Assembly (NCBI GenBank): GCA_964392265.1
Contig: CAYMOS010000004.1
Coordinates: 68,337-132,336 of the forward strand
Length of the DNA stretch: 64,000 nucleotides
Reading direction: 5' to 3'
From: an uncultured Candidatus Saccharibacteria bacterium
GTDB lineage: Bacteria > Patescibacteriota > Saccharimonadia > Saccharimonadales > Saccharimonadaceae
Below, in pieces: positions 63,304 to 64,000 of the stretch. The position numbers and the translations under genes are program-made. The first letter of the stretch is position 1. The number at the start of each line of letters is the position of its first letter. Below the pieces are notes generated by a model that saw only the letters and a program-made list of their open reading frames with translations, was not told the origin of the DNA and did not search any database.

Positions 63304-64000
63304 ATGAGTATTGAATCTTACAAGCAAAAGATTGGTGCCCTCATTCAAGATACCCGTCAGGCAAAAGGAATGACCCAAGCCCAGCTAGCCGAACTCCTCG
63401 GCACTTCACAAAGTGCCATTAACCGTATCGAAAAGGGTGGTCAAAATATCAGTCTTGAGATGGTAGCGCGCATCAGCGACGTATTGTCTACTAACATTCT
63501 GACCCTCGGGAATTCAAACAAAATCAATTTCAAAGTCACTGGCGGCAAAAAAATGTCTGGCAGCATCAGCGTCAAAACCAGCAAGAATGCTGCAGTTGGC
63601 TTATTATGCGCCTCACTGCTCAATCGTGGCAAGACGACGTTACGCCATGTCGCCCGCATTGAAGAAGTCAATCGTATCCTCGAAGTGTTTGAGAGTATCG
63701 GGGTGAAGACCCGCTGGTTAAACAAGCATAATGACCTCGAGATTATCCCACCAAAACGCCTAGATCTAGAAAACATGGATGTCACTGCCGCCAAACGTAC
63801 GCGCACGGTCATTATGTTACTCGGACCATTGCTGCATCAATATGATGATTTCAAACTGCCGTTTGCCGGTGGCTGTAATCTTGGTACCCGCACCGTTGAG
63901 CCTCACCTGGCAGGCCTGAGCGCCTTTGGCATGAGTGTTGAGGCACGCGAAGGCACCGACTACTATCATGCAACCGTCAATGAAATATCTCCCGACCAGG
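63304..64000 (+). CDS. murA: UDP-N-acetylglucosamine 1-carboxyvinyltransferase with N-terminal XRE-type HTH domain (partial; runs off the right edge)
   Basis: Absent from the ORF track (no stop in the window). From the ATG at 63304: MSIESYKQKIGALIQDTRQAKGMTQAQLAELLGTSQSAINRIEKGGQNISLEMVARISDVL (HTH_3-like). Then FKVTGGKKMSGSISVKTSKNAAVGLLCASLL...AGGCNLGTRTVEPH (MurA N-terminal motifs including the active-site Cys loop). Confidence 0.8.
   Translation, partial: MSIESYKQKIGALIQDTRQAKGMTQAQLAELLGTSQSAINRIEKGGQNISLEMVARISDVLSTNILTLGNSNKINFKVTGGKKMSGSISVKTSKNAAVGLLCASLLNRGKTTLRHVARIEEVNRILEVFESIGVKTRWLNKHNDLEIIPPKRLDLENMDVTAAKRTRTVIMLLGPLLHQYDDFKLPFAGGCNLGTRTVEPHLAGLSAFGMSVEAREGTDYYHATVNEISPDQ

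Noticed and set aside
63441-63812. A 123-aa minus-strand ORF.
   Set aside because: It is antisense to the HTH-MurA frame, which has clear MurA motifs.

Overview
The window looks like a small-genome bacterium of about 45-50 % GC by eye. From gene content I infer a Patescibacteria/Saccharibacteria (TM7)-like backbone: compact, mostly minus-strand housekeeping genes, an LPXTG surface protein, a type IV pilin cluster, lower glycolysis and little else. All family calls come from motifs read by eye in the translations. No searches or alignments were run.

Backbone genes:
- alaS (partial), mnmA plus cysteine desulfurase, metG, TatD, pgeF, rsmA, an RpfB-like wall hydrolase and pcrA.
- tpiA-pgk-pyk and a GH5 glycosidase.
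- A cell-envelope cluster (VTC / DUF4956 / beta-helix / GT2-GtrA / phosphodiester glycosidase) with a divergent two-component system.
- A large LPXTG repeat protein.
- A LuxI-like synthase, sensor kinase and CheY-like regulator locus.
- folD, murB, four pilin-like genes, glyA and an HTH-MurA fusion (partial).

Accessory DNA is the interesting part:
1. Three integrative islands each abut the 3' end of a tRNA: Glu-UUC at 35.4 kb, Lys-CUU at 47.2 kb and Arg-UCG at 53.2 kb. Each carries a large serine recombinase whose reading frame runs antisense into the tRNA. Each is bounded by a short direct repeat of the tRNA 3' end (16, 7 and 10 nt).
2. The Glu island carries a Shedu-like nuclease and an AlwI/BstNBI-like type IIS restriction-modification (R-M) system with two Dam-like methylases.
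3. The Lys island has two perfect, abutting inverted-repeat pairs (105 and 272 nt). They share a 7-nt core with the tRNA, and they flank the recombinase and a six-gene operon of small membrane proteins.
4. The Arg island carries a winged-helix protein, a small hydrophobic protein, a large DUF805 membrane protein and about 0.8 kb of ORF-free DNA with an outward-facing promoter.
5. A visibly high-GC 3.8-kb segment (35.5-39.3 kb) sits on the other side of tRNA-Glu. It has an AT-rich control region and three to four genes of unknown function. It may derive from Actinobacteria.

No rRNA genes or CRISPR arrays were seen.
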